A stretch of DNA of 64,000 bases from Eledone cirrhosa (Eukaryota). Positions 1 to 15,200 of the stretch are shown in pieces. Where the stretch lies: contig OZ024753.1 in assembly GCA_964016885.1 (NCBI GenBank), forward strand, positions 16,554,001-16,618,000. Direction: 5' to 3'. The notes beneath the pieces were generated by a model. That model was not told the origin of the DNA, made no database searches, and was given only the letters and a program-made list of their open reading frames with translations. The position numbers and the translations under genes were made by a program. Position 1 is the first letter of the stretch; every line of letters starts with the position of its first letter.

Positions 1-400
1 CTAGCCTAACACACACACATTATATACACATGCACTTAGGGCGCACATATATACACACTTCCATTCACACATGTGTATATATACACAGCGTACTAGCCTA
101 ACACACACATTATATATAACACATGCACTTAGGGCGCACATATATACACACTTCCATTTATACATGTATATATATACACAGCGTACTAGCCTAACACATG
201 CACTTAGGCGCACATATATACACACTTCCATTCATACATGTGTAAACACAGTGCTCTAGCCTAACACACACATAACATACCGCACATGCACACACAGACA
301 CTGCCACTCATACATGTATATCCACAGAGAACTAGCCCTCCACACAGACACTTCCACTCATACATGTATATCCACAGCGCTGTCGCCGTCTACACACATA
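1..400. repeat. Degenerate CA-rich tandem repeat
   Basis: Recurrent CTAGCCTAACACAC...CATGCACTTAGGGCGCACATAT...CACTTCCA blocks. Confidence 0.8.
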
Positions 401-859
401 CACACGCCAGAACAGTCTGTCAGATTTATGTTAGGAGTTCAGACATATATTACAGGACTTTATGATATATCTTAGACGGTAGGTGGTGGTTCATCTTATA
501 TATTTCACTTTTTTGTCTTTATATATAAAACATATTTCTTACTGTTCAAACTTTAAACTTTTTCTTAACTCTGTCTCCACCACCTTGTCTGTGACTTTCT
601 CAGTGACTTTAAACGAACACCTGCCCTTTTTTTTTTATTTTTACCCGACAGGACATCGTTTATATCTACCTATCTCTCTCTCTCTATCTATCTATATATA
701 TATTAAGGTACCATGTATATATACATATATATACACATGGTACCTTTTTTCTTTCACACTCACCTCTCATTCATTTTTTTTCTCGTGTTGCAATTTTACA
801 AAAAAAAAAAAAAAAAAATTAATTTGTAATTGTGTATAAATATATAACTTCTCCATTGC

Positions 860-912
<53 letters not shown>

Positions 913-1033
913 CATAGAGCACTCTTTTTTCCTGGACCTTTCCGACGGAAATACTTCACATATTTATATATATATATTGTTATATTGGGGGGAGGGGGTC
1001 ATGTTATAATATTGCCAGAAATATCGCCGTTTG

Positions 1034-1070
<37 letters not shown>

Positions 1071-1252
1071 TGTATGTGTGTGTTTGTGTGCGAGAGGTTG
1101 TTTGTATAAAAACATACTTAGATCCAGTCCAACATCAACTGAATGAGCACTCAATACACGTGAGCAGAGTATATAGACATGTTTTAAATTTTCAAAGAAA
1201 AAAAGCGACTGTGACATCGAAGTTTTCTATATATATACATATAAAAACTGAC

Positions 1253-1285
<33 letters not shown>

Positions 1286-1394
1286 GGTGTGGTGTGTCTG
1301 TATAAGGTGACCTGTTGTTTCATTCATTTATATATATATAAATAATTATATATATATATATATAAATAATTATATATATATATATATAAATAAT

Positions 1395-1461
<67 letters not shown>

Positions 1462-1705
1462 GGGCGGTGGAAACATTTCTGAATTGTGGGGGACCACATT
1501 TGGTCAATATAGTCAAATATCAACCTAGATATAAAAAAACTTCGATATGAGATAAACATAACATGTATATATATATTGTAGTGTATATAGAAATATATGT
1601 GTGTTTTGGTATTTTGGGGGATATACAAACTGACCTTTATATATATATAACGGTCATATAAGGTATGTTTCCTTGGCTATGTCAATATTTATAAAAGACA
1701 CTTCG

Positions 1706-1765
1706 TATTTTATCTGATGAGGACATACCAAAATGTTGGTACCCTTGAAATATATATAATAGAAC
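1706..1765 (+). ncRNA. Minimal type-I hammerhead ribozyme (family A element)
   Basis: TTTTAT-CTGATGA(1714)-stem II TACCAA/TTGGTA-GAAA(1747)-TATATATA-ATAGAA; stem I strands pair. Confidence 0.75.
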
Positions 1766-1820
1766 AGAGCATATAAATAAATTTACAGTAGAATAACAAC
1801 AAATATGTTTTAAATATATA

Positions 1821-2334
1821 CATAAATAACATTACAAATGCCTCGGTAACACTATAAAGGATGATACAATGAAAGATATATTTTTTTAATGTTACAATAT
1901 TAAAGAAAATGTAAAAGGGGTGAACAACGGAGTCAACACCAGAGCAAAAGGCAGCAACGAGGGGTACTGGGCAACCTCTCTAATGATTTTTGAGGCAAGC
2001 CAGCTCACTGGCAGTGTTACCTCGGGTGATGGCGAGGCTGATGCGCTGAAACAGCCAAGCGCCCTCGCGAGATTCGCCAGTCACCTCTATTAGGCGAGCC
2101 GCCAGTGAAGAGAGGAACCTCGCAGTGAGCGGCCCGACTCCCCCAAACGTCTCGAAAGCCACAGGCTGGAAAATGTAGTTGGCCGACAGATCAGAGTATT
2201 TGAGGGTCTTACTCTGCTCGGCTGCAGAAGCTGTGGCTCTCGTCCTAACCGCAGCATCCAGGATGTGGGAGGAAGCAAAAGAGTCACTAACAGTGACGTC
2301 CCAGACAAGGCACCTGCCTCTCGCCCAGGGACAC
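1821..2334 (-). mobile_element. 5'-truncated CRE-like non-LTR retrotransposon (C-terminal restriction-like endonuclease region plus 3' UTR)
   Basis: ORF 1980-2330: PWARGRCLVWDVTVSD...AEQSKTLKY...FQPVAFETFG...WLFQRISLAITRGN. Confidence 0.8.
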
Positions 2335-2460
2335 AATAGTTTCCATTTATTTAATATCATTGTATATTATACTCCAGAAAACTTGTTGAGTGCTCTGAAT
2401 CAGTTATAAACATTTATATTTGTTGAATTACCAACAAATTGAATATCCCTTCTGCTTGTA
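2335..2460 (+). mobile_element. 3' tail of family A hammerhead element
   Basis: ATAGTTTCCATTTATTTAATATCATTG...GTTGAGTGCT...GAATCAGTTATAAAC, near-identical to 57820-57945. Confidence 0.7.
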
Positions 2461-2634
2461 AGGAACCAGATGGACCATAACGCACCAGAGTACTCAATAC
2501 TTAGTGTAGTAGAGTGGGTAATAGGAGAAAGTATGACCCCGACGGCAGAGCTGAAGCCGTTTCCACGGCTATTTCTGTACTGAAAAATAGCCGTGGAAAC
2601 AGCTGGAGCTTTGCCGTCGGGGTCATACTTTCTC
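2460..2634. mobile_element. Fold-back element (hairpin 2525-2634) with second copy at 37500-37660
   Basis: GAGAAAGTATGACCCCGACGGC...GCCGTCGGGGTCATACTTTCTC inverted arms; shared flank GATGGACCATAACGCACCAGAGTACTCAATAC. Confidence 0.75.
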
Positions 2635-2889
2635 ACATATATATATATGGTGTGTGTGTATAAGGTGACCTGTTGCTACATGCATGTATACACGCGAGCA
2701 TAGCTAGCTAGATATGTGTATGTATACACACATATATATATACATGTTAATCCTGACCTGTTATATTTTACGTGGATACACACCCGAAACTCGGAGTATG
2801 TAATGTCACCATTAATAATAATTATCATTTAATTATCATTAAATCTTGTATTTAGTCCTTTATTCTCTTCTCACACTTGTAAACACGAA

Positions 2890-5045
<2,156 letters not shown>

Positions 5046-5469
5046 ATTTGTTTAATTTCAACACTTGTTATCTACACGTTCGGAAAATAAAATTTCATAA
5101 AAAGATATGAATTAAGAAGGAAGTTATTAATAAACGTCGGTGTGTGATGGGGGCGAGTTGAACTGTGCTTAGACACCTGTACGTTTGGGTATGTACACAC
5201 ACACATACGCATGTATATATATATATATATATATATATTTTAGATAAACAATGATAATAACAAAGGCAAGTTATTTTACGTATTCCTTTCAATGTTTTAC
5301 GATCGTTTCGGAGGGTTGATCATATTGATATATTGACTGATCAATAGCAGTTAGAGAACTGTATACTATCAGGCATAATGTATGGGTTCAATCATACCGT
5401 CTTCGGAAACAAAGAAGTTAGAATTTTTATTGGTAGTATATAAACTGGGTAGATCACATTGAATATATA

Positions 5470-5694
5470 TCATTCATTTAATTTATTAATTTATTGATAT
5501 TTTATTTGAGTGACCCGAATCTTCCTGGTCGTTCTTTTTCGGCTGCACGGCTGATTTTAGGCATGATCTCTGTGTGTTGGTAATTTAACGATAGTTATAG
5601 CTCTGGTTTTTCCAAATTATTGAGCCCTCTGCCACACATGTCGGATATTGTTTATCGTGATTTCGTGGGCCGATATTCCGATTCTCGATCATTC

Positions 5695-5698
<4 letters not shown>
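5470..5698. repeat. Dispersed ~230-bp repeat, second copy at 26945-27168
   Basis: TTTGAGTGACCCGAATCTTCCTGGTCGTTCTTTTTCGGCTGC...CCGATTCTCGAT in both; both end at (TA)n. Confidence 0.8.
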
Positions 5699-5738
<40 letters not shown>

Positions 5739-5744
5739 CACGAA

Positions 5745-6152
5745 AAAAAAAACAGTCCACACTGTAAGGTGGTCATGTAGGTATCACAATAAAAACATCC
5801 AGCCCACACTGTAGTGGTCGTGTAGGAGTCACGGCTAAAAGCACCCAGCCCACACTGTAGTGGTCGTGTAGGGGTCACGGCTAAAAGCACCCAGCCCACA
5901 CTGTAAAGTGGTCGTGTAGCAGTCACGGCTAAAAGCACCCAGCCCACACTGTAAAGTGGTTGAGTAGGAGTCACAGCTAAGAGCACCCAGCCCACACTGC
6001 AAAATGGTTGGCGTTAAGAAGGGCATCCAGTCGTAGTAACCTAGCCAGAAACTGTCCTATATGAGTAAAATACGGGCACCTGACCGAAATTACCCCAAAT
6101 GGGACGACATGTCTTAACTCATGTTAACGTGGAAAATGGACGTTAAATGATG
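5745..6152 (+). mobile_element. RTE 3'-UTR fragment with ~5 copies of a 47-49-bp module
   Basis: AAAAGCACCCAGCCCACACTGTAAAGTGGTCGTGTAG repeats, then AAGAAGGGCATCCAG...GGACGTTAAATGATGA tail as in the RTE at 33816-35703. Confidence 0.8.
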
Positions 6153-6212
6153 ACGTATATATATATATATGTGTGTGTGTGTATATTTATATATATATGT
6201 ATATATACATAC

Positions 6213-6255
<43 letters not shown>

Positions 6256-6296
6256 TATATATATATATATACACATATATATATATATATACACAC

Positions 6297-6329
<33 letters not shown>

Positions 6330-6463
6330 TGGACATCACCGAGGAGTGGCAACGAATGAAGGAAAAGTATGGGAAATATTGCCAAAGTTGAGGTAATGCC
6401 TAAGAATATTTGTTCAGACACCTGTGTGTGTATATATATATATAATTCAAATTAAAAGATACA

Positions 6464-6512
<49 letters not shown>

Positions 6513-6685
6513 AAGTTTTATTTAAATTGTTGGGTTACAACGAGTAAATATTTATAACTGATATAAAAGCACTCAACAAGTATTTGGAGTATATTTACGA
6601 TATTAAATACCAAATCAACTTTTTAAATGGAAGTTGAAGTTGTAAGGTATGTCAAATCTATCTATTTATAAGACTATCTATATTG

Positions 6686-6751
6686 TATTTTGTCTGATGA
6701 AGGCATACCATATTTTTAATATGATATCCCTGAAATATATATAATGAAATA
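6686..6751 (+). ncRNA. Minimal type-I hammerhead ribozyme (family A element 6510-6795, with inverted tail upstream)
   Basis: TATTTTGT-CTGATGA(6694)-AGG..CATATT/AATATG..CCT-GAAA(6732)-TATATATA-ATGAAATA; 8-bp stem I with two G-U pairs. Confidence 0.8.
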
Positions 6752-7031
6752 AATATGGTTTTATAAATATAGTTTCCATTTATTTAATATCGTATATATA
6801 TATATAGTATAATATAAAGTATATATAGGGAGATAGAAAGAGGTATATGTCCCATGGGAATAAACAATATATTCTACATACAAAGCACATATTTCAAGGA
6901 AAAAGATGTACTATAGAATATGTGTGTGTATGTATATATATATATATGTGTATATATATGTGAAAAAATGGGGAGAAGAATACTGCAGGTTGCACACGGA
7001 TAACATGTTATAAAATGAGTCCCTCATCATG

Positions 7032-7065
<34 letters not shown>

Positions 7066-7097
7066 TAAGTGGTAATACAACAGTTAGTTCACCATAT

Positions 7098-7135
7098 CGA
7101 GAACAATTGTTTCACCTTAGCGTATCTTCAGCTCG
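7098..7135 (-). ncRNA. Minimal hammerhead ribozyme inside fold-back element 7067-7196
   Basis: Minus strand: CGAG-CTGAAGA-TACGCTAAGGT-GAAA-CAATTG-TT-CTCG; stem II is weak. Confidence 0.65.
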
Positions 7136-7474
7136 TAGTCGGCTAAGGTGAAACAATTGTTCTCGGTATGGTGAACTAACTGTTGTGTTACCACTTCTAC
7201 CTAACTCGTCCCATGGACTGAGTGCTCTACCACTACGGATATTACCTTCCAGTGTACTACCACTCTCTCTCTCTCTTTCTCTCTCTCTATATATATGTAA
7301 TAAACAACATAAGATAATTATTTCATTTACCAGTTGTCTTGTCCTTTCTCTTTGTTAATTTAAAAAAAGTTTGTGTTTATATAAGTATATATGTATATAT
7401 ATATATAGAGAGAGACACTGAAGTGTTAGAATTGCAAAGCACACTCAGCCGGAGTATCAGGTATTAAAGTAAAA

Positions 7475-7640
7475 CAACGTGATAGCGACACTAGGGTTTG
7501 GAATAGCCAAGCACTCTCACTAACATCACCTAATACTTCTATAAGATGGACCGTGTCGCCAACAATGACTAAAACCGCATTGTCAGCGGCATATTCCGCC
7601 CGAATGTCTCCACAGACTGAAAAATGTAGTTTAACGATAA
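7475..7640 (-). mobile_element. Highly decayed CRE-like endonuclease fragment
   Basis: Minus strand yields NYIFQSVETFG and EVLGDVSESAWLFQ, matching the 1980-2330 protein (NYIFQPVAFETFG, EVTGESREGAWLFQ). Confidence 0.6.
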
Positions 7641-8046
7641 ATTGTAAAATGTCTCCGTGTTTTATAATTAGAGATTTTATTTCTTTTAATTGTTCTTAGG
7701 AGTGGGATTAAAGTGGGTGTTGGTGGTTGTGGCGGATTATAAAACTTCAAAGATTTACCTTTAATTATAAAAACTTGGTTTTATCACGAAGTATCTGTTT
7801 GTTGTTAGTGTTACTATTTAAACTCCATGTCAATGCTGATCCAACACACATATTGTGATCAAAGACATTTCAATCGTGTCCAGTCTTTTATGTAACCCTT
7901 TCCTTTGCCATTTTTCTAATGAAAGACACAGCTTATGACTTTCAAATAATTTTAGAAATAATTAAGAATTTGGAAGGATTTACAAATATAGCAAACTTTT
8001 TCAATATTAGGCTGGTGTTTGGAACAATATCGAAATAGCGAAATTT

Positions 8047-8212
8047 ATTGTGTAATTCTACTTTGGGCACAAAGCCAGTGCTTTTATTTCATCGACCCAG
8101 TAAGAATGAAAGGCAAAGTTAACCTCGGCGGGATTTGAACAAAGACCGTAAAGGGGCATAACTCTATGCTGCAAAGCATGGCGTCCGACCCTCTACCGAT
8201 ATTGCCAATTCA
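8047..8212 (-). mobile_element. SINE family B
   Basis: Reverse complement of TTGGCAGTATCGGTAGAGGGTCGGA...GTTCAAATCCCGCCGAGGTTAACTTTGCCTTTCATCC. Confidence 0.8.
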
Positions 8213-8262
8213 AGAATAATGTACAAATGTCAGTGAACAGTGTATGAGTCATGATATATATA

Positions 8263-8580
8263 TGGCGCCACATGGCAATCGAAAGGTTGTGAGTTCAATT
8301 CTCAGACCGGGTGATGTGTTGTTTCCTTGAGCAAGACACTTTATTTCACATTGCTCCAGTTTACTCAGCTGTAAAAATGAGATGATAGGGACCCCAGTCC
8401 CTATCATTCCACTGTAAAGTGGTCGTGGAGGTGCCATGGCAAAAAAGCACCCATCACTCACTGTAAATGAGGTTGGTGTTAGGAAGGGCATCCAGCTGTA
8501 GAAATCAAGCCAGAATTAGTTCCCGTCCCACCCTTGCAAGCAGGGAAAAGCGGACGTAAAATGATGATGATGATGATGAT
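8263..8580 (+). mobile_element. SINE family A (tRNA-derived head, RTE-derived tail), A-box region deleted
   Basis: B box GAGTTCAATTCTC, CCTTGAGCAAGACACTTT core, tail GGACGTAAAA(TGA)n. Confidence 0.9.
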
Positions 8581-8584
8581 ATGT

Positions 8585-8800
8585 ACACACCCAAACATGT
8601 ATGCATGTATATCAGCTGTAATGTTGGCGAATTTTGGGAAGCATGGAAGTTTTGAAGGATGCAGTTTCCCGACAGCTAACAAGTGATGCAAGTAGTTCGT
8701 TCCATACTTCAGTAACTCTAAGCGTGAAAACATGTTTTACATAAAATTATGATGGAAAGTTTTTAGATAAGATAGAAAAAAAGCGCGATTGACAAGTTCT
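8585..8800 (-). mobile_element. CR1/Jockey-group LINE 3' fragment
   Basis: Minus frame HVFTLRVTEVWNELLASLVSCRETASFK resembles the conserved 'F..RV...WN.LP..V.....SFK' ORF2 C-terminus. Confidence 0.6.
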
Positions 8801-8824
8801 CAGACATAATTCACTTACAGAGTA

Positions 8825-9027
8825 GAGTGGAACTCGTCAAATTGAACCAAGGAAACAATATTTCTATTGGTCTTTCCATTGCAGATACTGTCAACCACTC
8901 GCAACTCCTGAGCAGAAATAAAGTATCTTGCTCAAGGACATAACGCATCCCTCAGTCCGGTAATCGAAACCACAACCTCACGATTGCGAATCCAATTCTG
9001 TTTCTACTAAGCCATGTGCCTTCACCT
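8825..9027 (-). mobile_element. SINE family C (tRNA-like head, different tail)
   Basis: Head GTGAAGGCACATGGCTTAGTAG...GTTTCGATTACC; tail GAAAGACCAAT..AAATATTGTTTCCTTGG shared with 17880-18020 and 24330-24690. Confidence 0.7.
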
Positions 9028-9371
9028 ATATCAATATATGCTCATTAAAATAAAGTGTTGTAAAACGAGGGTCGATTTCAGGTAATTTGGTATATATAAA
9101 AAAGGTTAATTTAGTGTTTGGGACATCACTTAACAAAGGTTCTTACATAAAATTATCATGGGAAGCTTTTAGATAAATAAATATAAACACTTTATAAATA
9201 TAAAAAGTTTAAAAGTTTTGTGTTGCCGGGATCAGGTGATCTGATTTCACATCGCTTCTGATATTCTAAATATTAATATTTTCCTAATTGCTTATTAGAT
9301 TATAATTTAGAATTTTAATTGGTCATTGTAATCAAATTACATTAACACCAGCGAAGCTATTGTCTACCAAG

Positions 9372-9647
9372 CAAGGGCCTTGTTTCAGGGGGTACCAGGG
9401 GACAATCCCCCCCCCCCCTACTTTTTCAAACGTCTGTATTTTATTTTTTGTTTATTTGATATAATAAATTCTTTTTAAGCTTATTTTTTTTTATATCTGA
9501 ACTTCATTTGAATATATAAAATTTAAATAGCGTAAAATACTTATTTGATAGGGTCCGAGAAAGGCACCATAAGTAATTTATGCTCCTTTAAGAATCAACA
9601 AATGTTGGTTTGTCCCCCTCACATTTTAAAGACAAACAAGGTCCCTA
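9372..9647. mobile_element. hAT-like MITE with 8-bp TSD
   Basis: TIRs CAAGGGCCTTGTTT / AAACAAGGTCCCTA; CTACCAAG at 9364-9371 and 9648-9655. Confidence 0.75.
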
Positions 9648-9989
9648 CTACCAAGGATTACATTATATAAAATATCCCCCCCCCCCTCTTTTTTTATTTT
9701 TAAAGACATTACTGTGTGATTTGAGGGAGAGAGCTTTGGCTTTAGCTATTATTTCTAGCAAGACAAACAACCACGTCGAGGTTTCCGATCGTTACCTTGC
9801 TGTTTAAGCGTCAGTTATGTCGTGACCAAGATGACTCGCGTTCTAAAGCCTTCCAAACATGACCATCCTCTCTAGTATATTTACATTATCCGATTTGTTG
9901 AACAGCGTGATTTAAGAGAAATTGGACTGCGATTTCTTGCACGCCAAACGACCATATAGAGGTTCTCTCTCGTTGCCTTTTTTGTTGTT

Positions 9990-10795
9990 GTTTAGCTCCA
10001 GTTGAGCTCTGATTACAGTGACTCACGTTCAGGGTGTTCCAAACGTGACCATCCTGTTTTAGCTGCAGTTGAGCTCTGATTACAGAGATCCACGTTTAGG
10101 GTGTTTCAAACGTGACCATCCTGTTTTAGCTCCAGTTGAGCTCTGATTACAGTGACTCACGTTCAGGGTGTTCCAAACGTGACCATCCTGTTTTAGCTGC
10201 AGTTGAGCTCTGATTACAGAGACCCACGTTTAGGGTGTTCCAAACGTGACCATCCTGTTTTAGCTACAGTTGAGCTCTGATTAGAGACTCGCGTTTAGGG
10301 TGTTCCAAACGTGACCATCCTGTTTTAGTTCCAGTTGAGCTCTGATTATAGTGACCCACGTTCAGGGTGTTCCAAACGTGACCATCCTGTTTTAGCTCCA
10401 GTTGAGCTCTGATTACAGAGACCCACGTTCAGGGTGTTCCAAACGTGACCATCCTGTTTTAGTTCCAGTTGAGCTCTGATTACAGAGATCCACGTTCAGG
10501 GTATTCCAAACGTGACTATCCTGTTTTAGTTCCAGTTGAGCTCTGATTACAGAGATCCACGTTCAGGGTGTTCCAAACGTGACTATCCTGTTTTAGTTCC
10601 AGTTGAGCTCTGATTACAGTGACCCACATTCAGGGGTATTCCAAACGTGACCATCCTGTTTTAGCTCCAGTTGAGCTCTGATTACAGAGACCCACGTTCA
10701 GGGTGTTCCAAACGTGACCATCCTGTTTTAGCTCCAGTTAAGCTCTGATTACAGAGACCCACGTTCAGGGGTATTCCAAACGTGGCCTTCCTGTC
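9990..10795. repeat. 67-bp minisatellite, ~12 copies
   Basis: Unit TTTTAGCTCCAGTTGAGCTCTGATTACAGAGACCCACGTTCAGGGTGTTCCAAACGTGACCATCCTG. Confidence 0.95.
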
Positions 10796-10979
10796 TTTAT
10801 ATCTAGAATTGTTATTTTTATTCCCGACATGGAGGTGTATGGTGGGAAATTTAACTGCCATCTTGATAAAATTAAAAGAAAAAAATGTAGTTTTCAAACA
10901 TGGAAAGTACTGGATGTTGCCTGTGATCTTAAAACAAAGGACTGCCTACTTTTACAAAGTTTTCCGTCACAGACTTTTT

Positions 10980-11385
10980 ATTGGCAGTATTGGTAGAATG
11001 TCAGACACTATGCTTTGAAGCATAGAGTTATGGCCCTTTCCATTCTGAATTCAAATTCCGCCGAGGTCAACTTTGCCTTTCATCCTTACAGGGTCGATAA
11101 AATAAAGTACCAGTAATGTACTGGGTAATTGCTGGCCTTGTACCAAAAGTAGAAACAATTATTATTATTATTACACTCATCTAGGGCAGTAGATTAACAG
11201 TATTGATAAAGATTAGGACAAAGTTTTGCAGCATATAGTTAAGTCCCTTTGTGTTCTGAGTTCAAATCCCAAAGAGGTTAACATTGCATTTCATCGTTAC
11301 AGGGTTGCTAGAATAAAGTACCAGTAACACACTGAGGTCGATTTAATCACCCCCCTCCCTCCAAATAAAATTGTTGGTCTTGTGC
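10980..11385 (+). mobile_element. Two tandem SINE family B copies (10980-11172; divergent 11185-11385)
   Basis: GTTCAAAT B-box-like motif and GCCTTTCATCCTTACAGGGTCGATAAAATAAAGTACCAG core; first copy ends in (ATT)n. Confidence 0.8.
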
Positions 11386-11599
11386 TTAACCCTTTAGCTT
11401 TTAAACTGGCCAGATCTCTCTCACCTTTTTCTGTTCAAACCGACTGTAAATGGTTGCTCATATCTGTGTTGAGGTATTGTTCCCAAAATAAATGACATCA
11501 AAATCTTGTAGATTCGATATTTTGTGAGATAATTATGTAAGATGAAGCCTTCACTGTGAAAATAGTAAATATAGAATAATGTAAATGCTAAAAGGTTAA
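11386..11599. mobile_element. piggyBac-like MITE
   Basis: TTAA-CCCTTTAGC ... GCTAAAAGG-TTAA. Confidence 0.75.
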
Positions 11600-11638
11600 A
11601 TCAGAAACCATCTCAAAGACAGGTGTAATAATAATTTT

Positions 11639-12024
11639 TTAACCCTTTAGAATTCACATTACTCTATATATACTATTATATTTTCATGGACGCCATGCTT
11701 TCGAGCATAGTTACGTCCCTTTACGATCTGAGTTCAAATCCCGCCGAGGTTGACTTTGCCTTTCATCCTTACGGGGTCGATAAAAAATAAAGTACCAGTA
11801 ATGCACTGGGTAATTGCTGGCCTTGTGCCTAAAGTAGAAACAATTATATTTTCATGGTAAAGGCTTTACCTCACATAATTATCTCACATAATATCGAATC
11901 TATGAGATTTTGAAAGTATTTATTTTGAGAACAATACCTTAACATCAGTGTGAGTGGCCAGTTACAGCCAGTTTCAACAGAAAGAGATAGAGAATTCTGG
12001 CCGGTTTGAACGTTAAAGGGTTAA
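11639..12024. mobile_element. piggyBac-like MITE interrupted by SINE B (11690-11842)
   Basis: TTAA-CCCTTT...AAAGGG-TTAA; TSD ATTATATTTTCATGG at 11675-11689 and 11843-11857; empty copy at 31508-31722. Confidence 0.85.
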
Positions 12025-12284
12025 ATTCTATTTTAAGCATAGTTAATTGGTTTGTTAGAATTTTGAAGATGAAATTTGTGATTCCTAGGATTTAAAAAAT
12101 GTATTTTTGACGAATATGGCCTTCAAAACCATCGTACAGAGGTCAGCTGAAAAGGGTTGTAAGTGACCCGTAGTTGGAATATAGCATTTCTTGGCCATTT
12201 TCAGCCTGACAGAACCCATTCCAGGTATCTGTGCATTATTACATCATATCATGCTACTGCAAGATGAGAAATTATTGTAAAGAA

Positions 12285-15200
12285 AATTTACCATATTATC
12301 AGCTTCCCCCCTCACCCCCTCACTCCAAATTTACCATATTATCAGCTTCCCCCCTCACCCCCCCTCACTCCAAATTTACCATATTATCAGCTTCCCCCCT
12401 CACCCCCCCCCTCACTCCAAATTTACCATATTATCAGCTTCCTCCCTCACCCCCCTCACTCCAAATTTACCATATTATCAGCTTCCCCCCTCACCCCCCT
12501 CACTCCAAATTTACCATATTATCAGCTTCCCCCCTCACCCCCTCACTCCAAATTTACCATATCAGCTTCCCCCCTCACCCCCCTCACTCCAAATTTACCA
12601 TATTATCAGCTTCCCCCCTCACCCCCTCACTCCAAATTTACCATATTATCAGCTTCCCCCCTCATCCCCCCTCACTCCAAATTTACCATATTATCAGCTT
12701 CCCCCCTCACTCCAAATTTACCATATTATCAGCTTCCCCCCTCACCCCCCTCACTCCAAATTTACCATATTATCAGCTTCCCCCCTCACCCCCTCACTCC
12801 AAATTTACCATATTATCAGCTTCCCCCCTCACCCCCCTCACTCCAAATTTACCATATCAGCTTCCCCCCTCACCCCCTCACCCCAAATTTACCATATTAT
12901 CAGCTTCCCCCCTCACCCCCTCACTCCAAATTTACCATATTATCAGCTTCCCCCCTCACCCCCCTCACTCCAAATTTACCATATTATCAGCTTCCCCCCT
13001 CACCCCCCTCACTCCAAATTTACCATATTATCAGCTTCCCCCCTCACCCCCCTCACTCCAAATTTACCATATTATCAGCTTCCCCCCTCACCCCCTCACT
13101 CCAAATTTACCATATTATCAGCTTCCCCCCTCACCCCCCTCACTCCAAATTTACCATATTATCAGCTTCCCCCCTCACCCCCCTCACTCCAAATTTACCA
13201 TATTATCAGCTTCCCCCCTCACCCCCCTCACTCCAAATTTACCATATTATCAGCTTCCCCCCTCACCCCCTCACTCCAAATTTACCATATTATCAGCTTC
13301 CCCCCTCACCCCCCTCACTCCAAATTTACCATATTATCAGCTTCCCCCCTCACCCCCTCACCCCAAATTTACCATATTATCAGCTTCCCCCCTCACCCCC
13401 TCACCCCAAATTTACCATATTATCAGCTTCCCCCCTCACCCCCCTCACTCCAAATTTACCATATTATCAGCTTCCCCCCTCACCCCCCTCACTCCAAATT
13501 TACCATATTATCAGCTTCCCCCCTCACTCCAAATTTACCATATTATCAGCTTCCCCCCCTCACCCCCCTCACTCCAAATTTACCATATTATCAGCTTCCC
13601 CCCTCACTCCAAATTTACCATATTATCAGCTTCCCCCCTCACCCCCCTCACTCCAAATTTACCATATTATCAGCTTCCCCCCTCACCCCCCTCACTCCAA
13701 ATTTACCATATTATCAGCTTCCCCCCTCACCCCCCTCACTCCAAATTTACCATATTATCAGCTTCCCCCCTCACTCCAAATTTACCATATTATCAGCTTC
13801 CCCCCTCACCCCCCCTCACTCCAAATTTACCATATTATCAGCTTCCCCCCTCACTCCAAATTTACCATATTATCAGCTTCCCCCCTCACCCCCCTCACTC
13901 CAAATTTACCATATTATCAGCTTCCCCCCTCACTCCAAATTTACCATATTATCAGCTTCCCCCCTCACCCCCCTCACTCCAAATTTACCATATTATCAGC
14001 TTCCCCCCTCACTCCAAATTTACCATATTATCAGCTTCCCCCCTCACCCCCCTCACTCCAAATTTACCATATTATCAGCTTCCCCCCTCACTCCAAATTT
14101 ACCATATTATCAGCTTCCCCCCTCACCCCCTCACCCCAAATTTACCATATTATCAGCTTCCCCCCTCACCCCCTCACCCCAAATTTACCATATTATCAGC
14201 TTCCCCCCTCACCCCCTCACCCCAAATTTACCATATTATCAGCTTCCCCCCTCACCCCCCTCACTCCAAATTTACCATATTATCAGCTTCCCCCCTCACC
14301 CCCTCACCCCAAATTTACCATATTATCAGCTTCCCCCCTCACCCCCTCACTCCAAATTTACCATATTATCAGCTTCCCCCCTCACCCCCTCACCCCAAAT
14401 TTACCATATTATCAGCTTCCCCCCTCACCCCCTCACCCCAAATTTACCATATTATCAGCTTCCCCCCCTCACTCCAAATTTACCATATTATCAGCTTCCC
14501 CCCTCACCCCCCTCACTCCAAATTTACCATATTATCAGCTTCCCCCCTCACCCCCTCACTCCAAATTTACCATATTATCAGCTTCCCCCCTCACCCCCTC
14601 ACTCCAAATTTACCATATTATCAGCTTCCCCCCTCACCCCCTCACCCCAAATTTACCATATTATCAGCTTCCCCCCTCACCCCCTCACCCCAAATTTACC
14701 ATATTATCAGCTTCCCCCCTCACTCCAAATTTACCATATTATCAGCTTCCCCCCTCACCCCCCTCACTCCAAATTTACCATATTATCAGCTTCCCCCCTC
14801 ACCCCCTCACTCCAAATTTACCATATTATCAGCTTCCCCCCTCACCCCCTCACTCCAAATTTACCATATTATCAGCTTCCCCCCTCACCCCCTCACCCCA
14901 AATTTACCATATTATCAGCTTCCCCCCTCACCCCCCTCACTCCAAATTTACCATATTATCAGCTTCCCCCCTCACCCCCTCACCCCAAATTTACCATATT
15001 ATCAGCTTCCCCCCTCACCCCCTCACCCCAAATTTACCATATTATCAGCTTCCCCCCTCACTCCAAATTTACCATATTATCAGCTTCCCCCCTCACCCCC
15101 CTCACTCCAAATTTACCATATTATCAGCTTCCCCCCTCACCCCCCTCACTCCAAATTTACCATATTATCAGCTTCCCCCCTCACCCCCTCACTCCAAATT

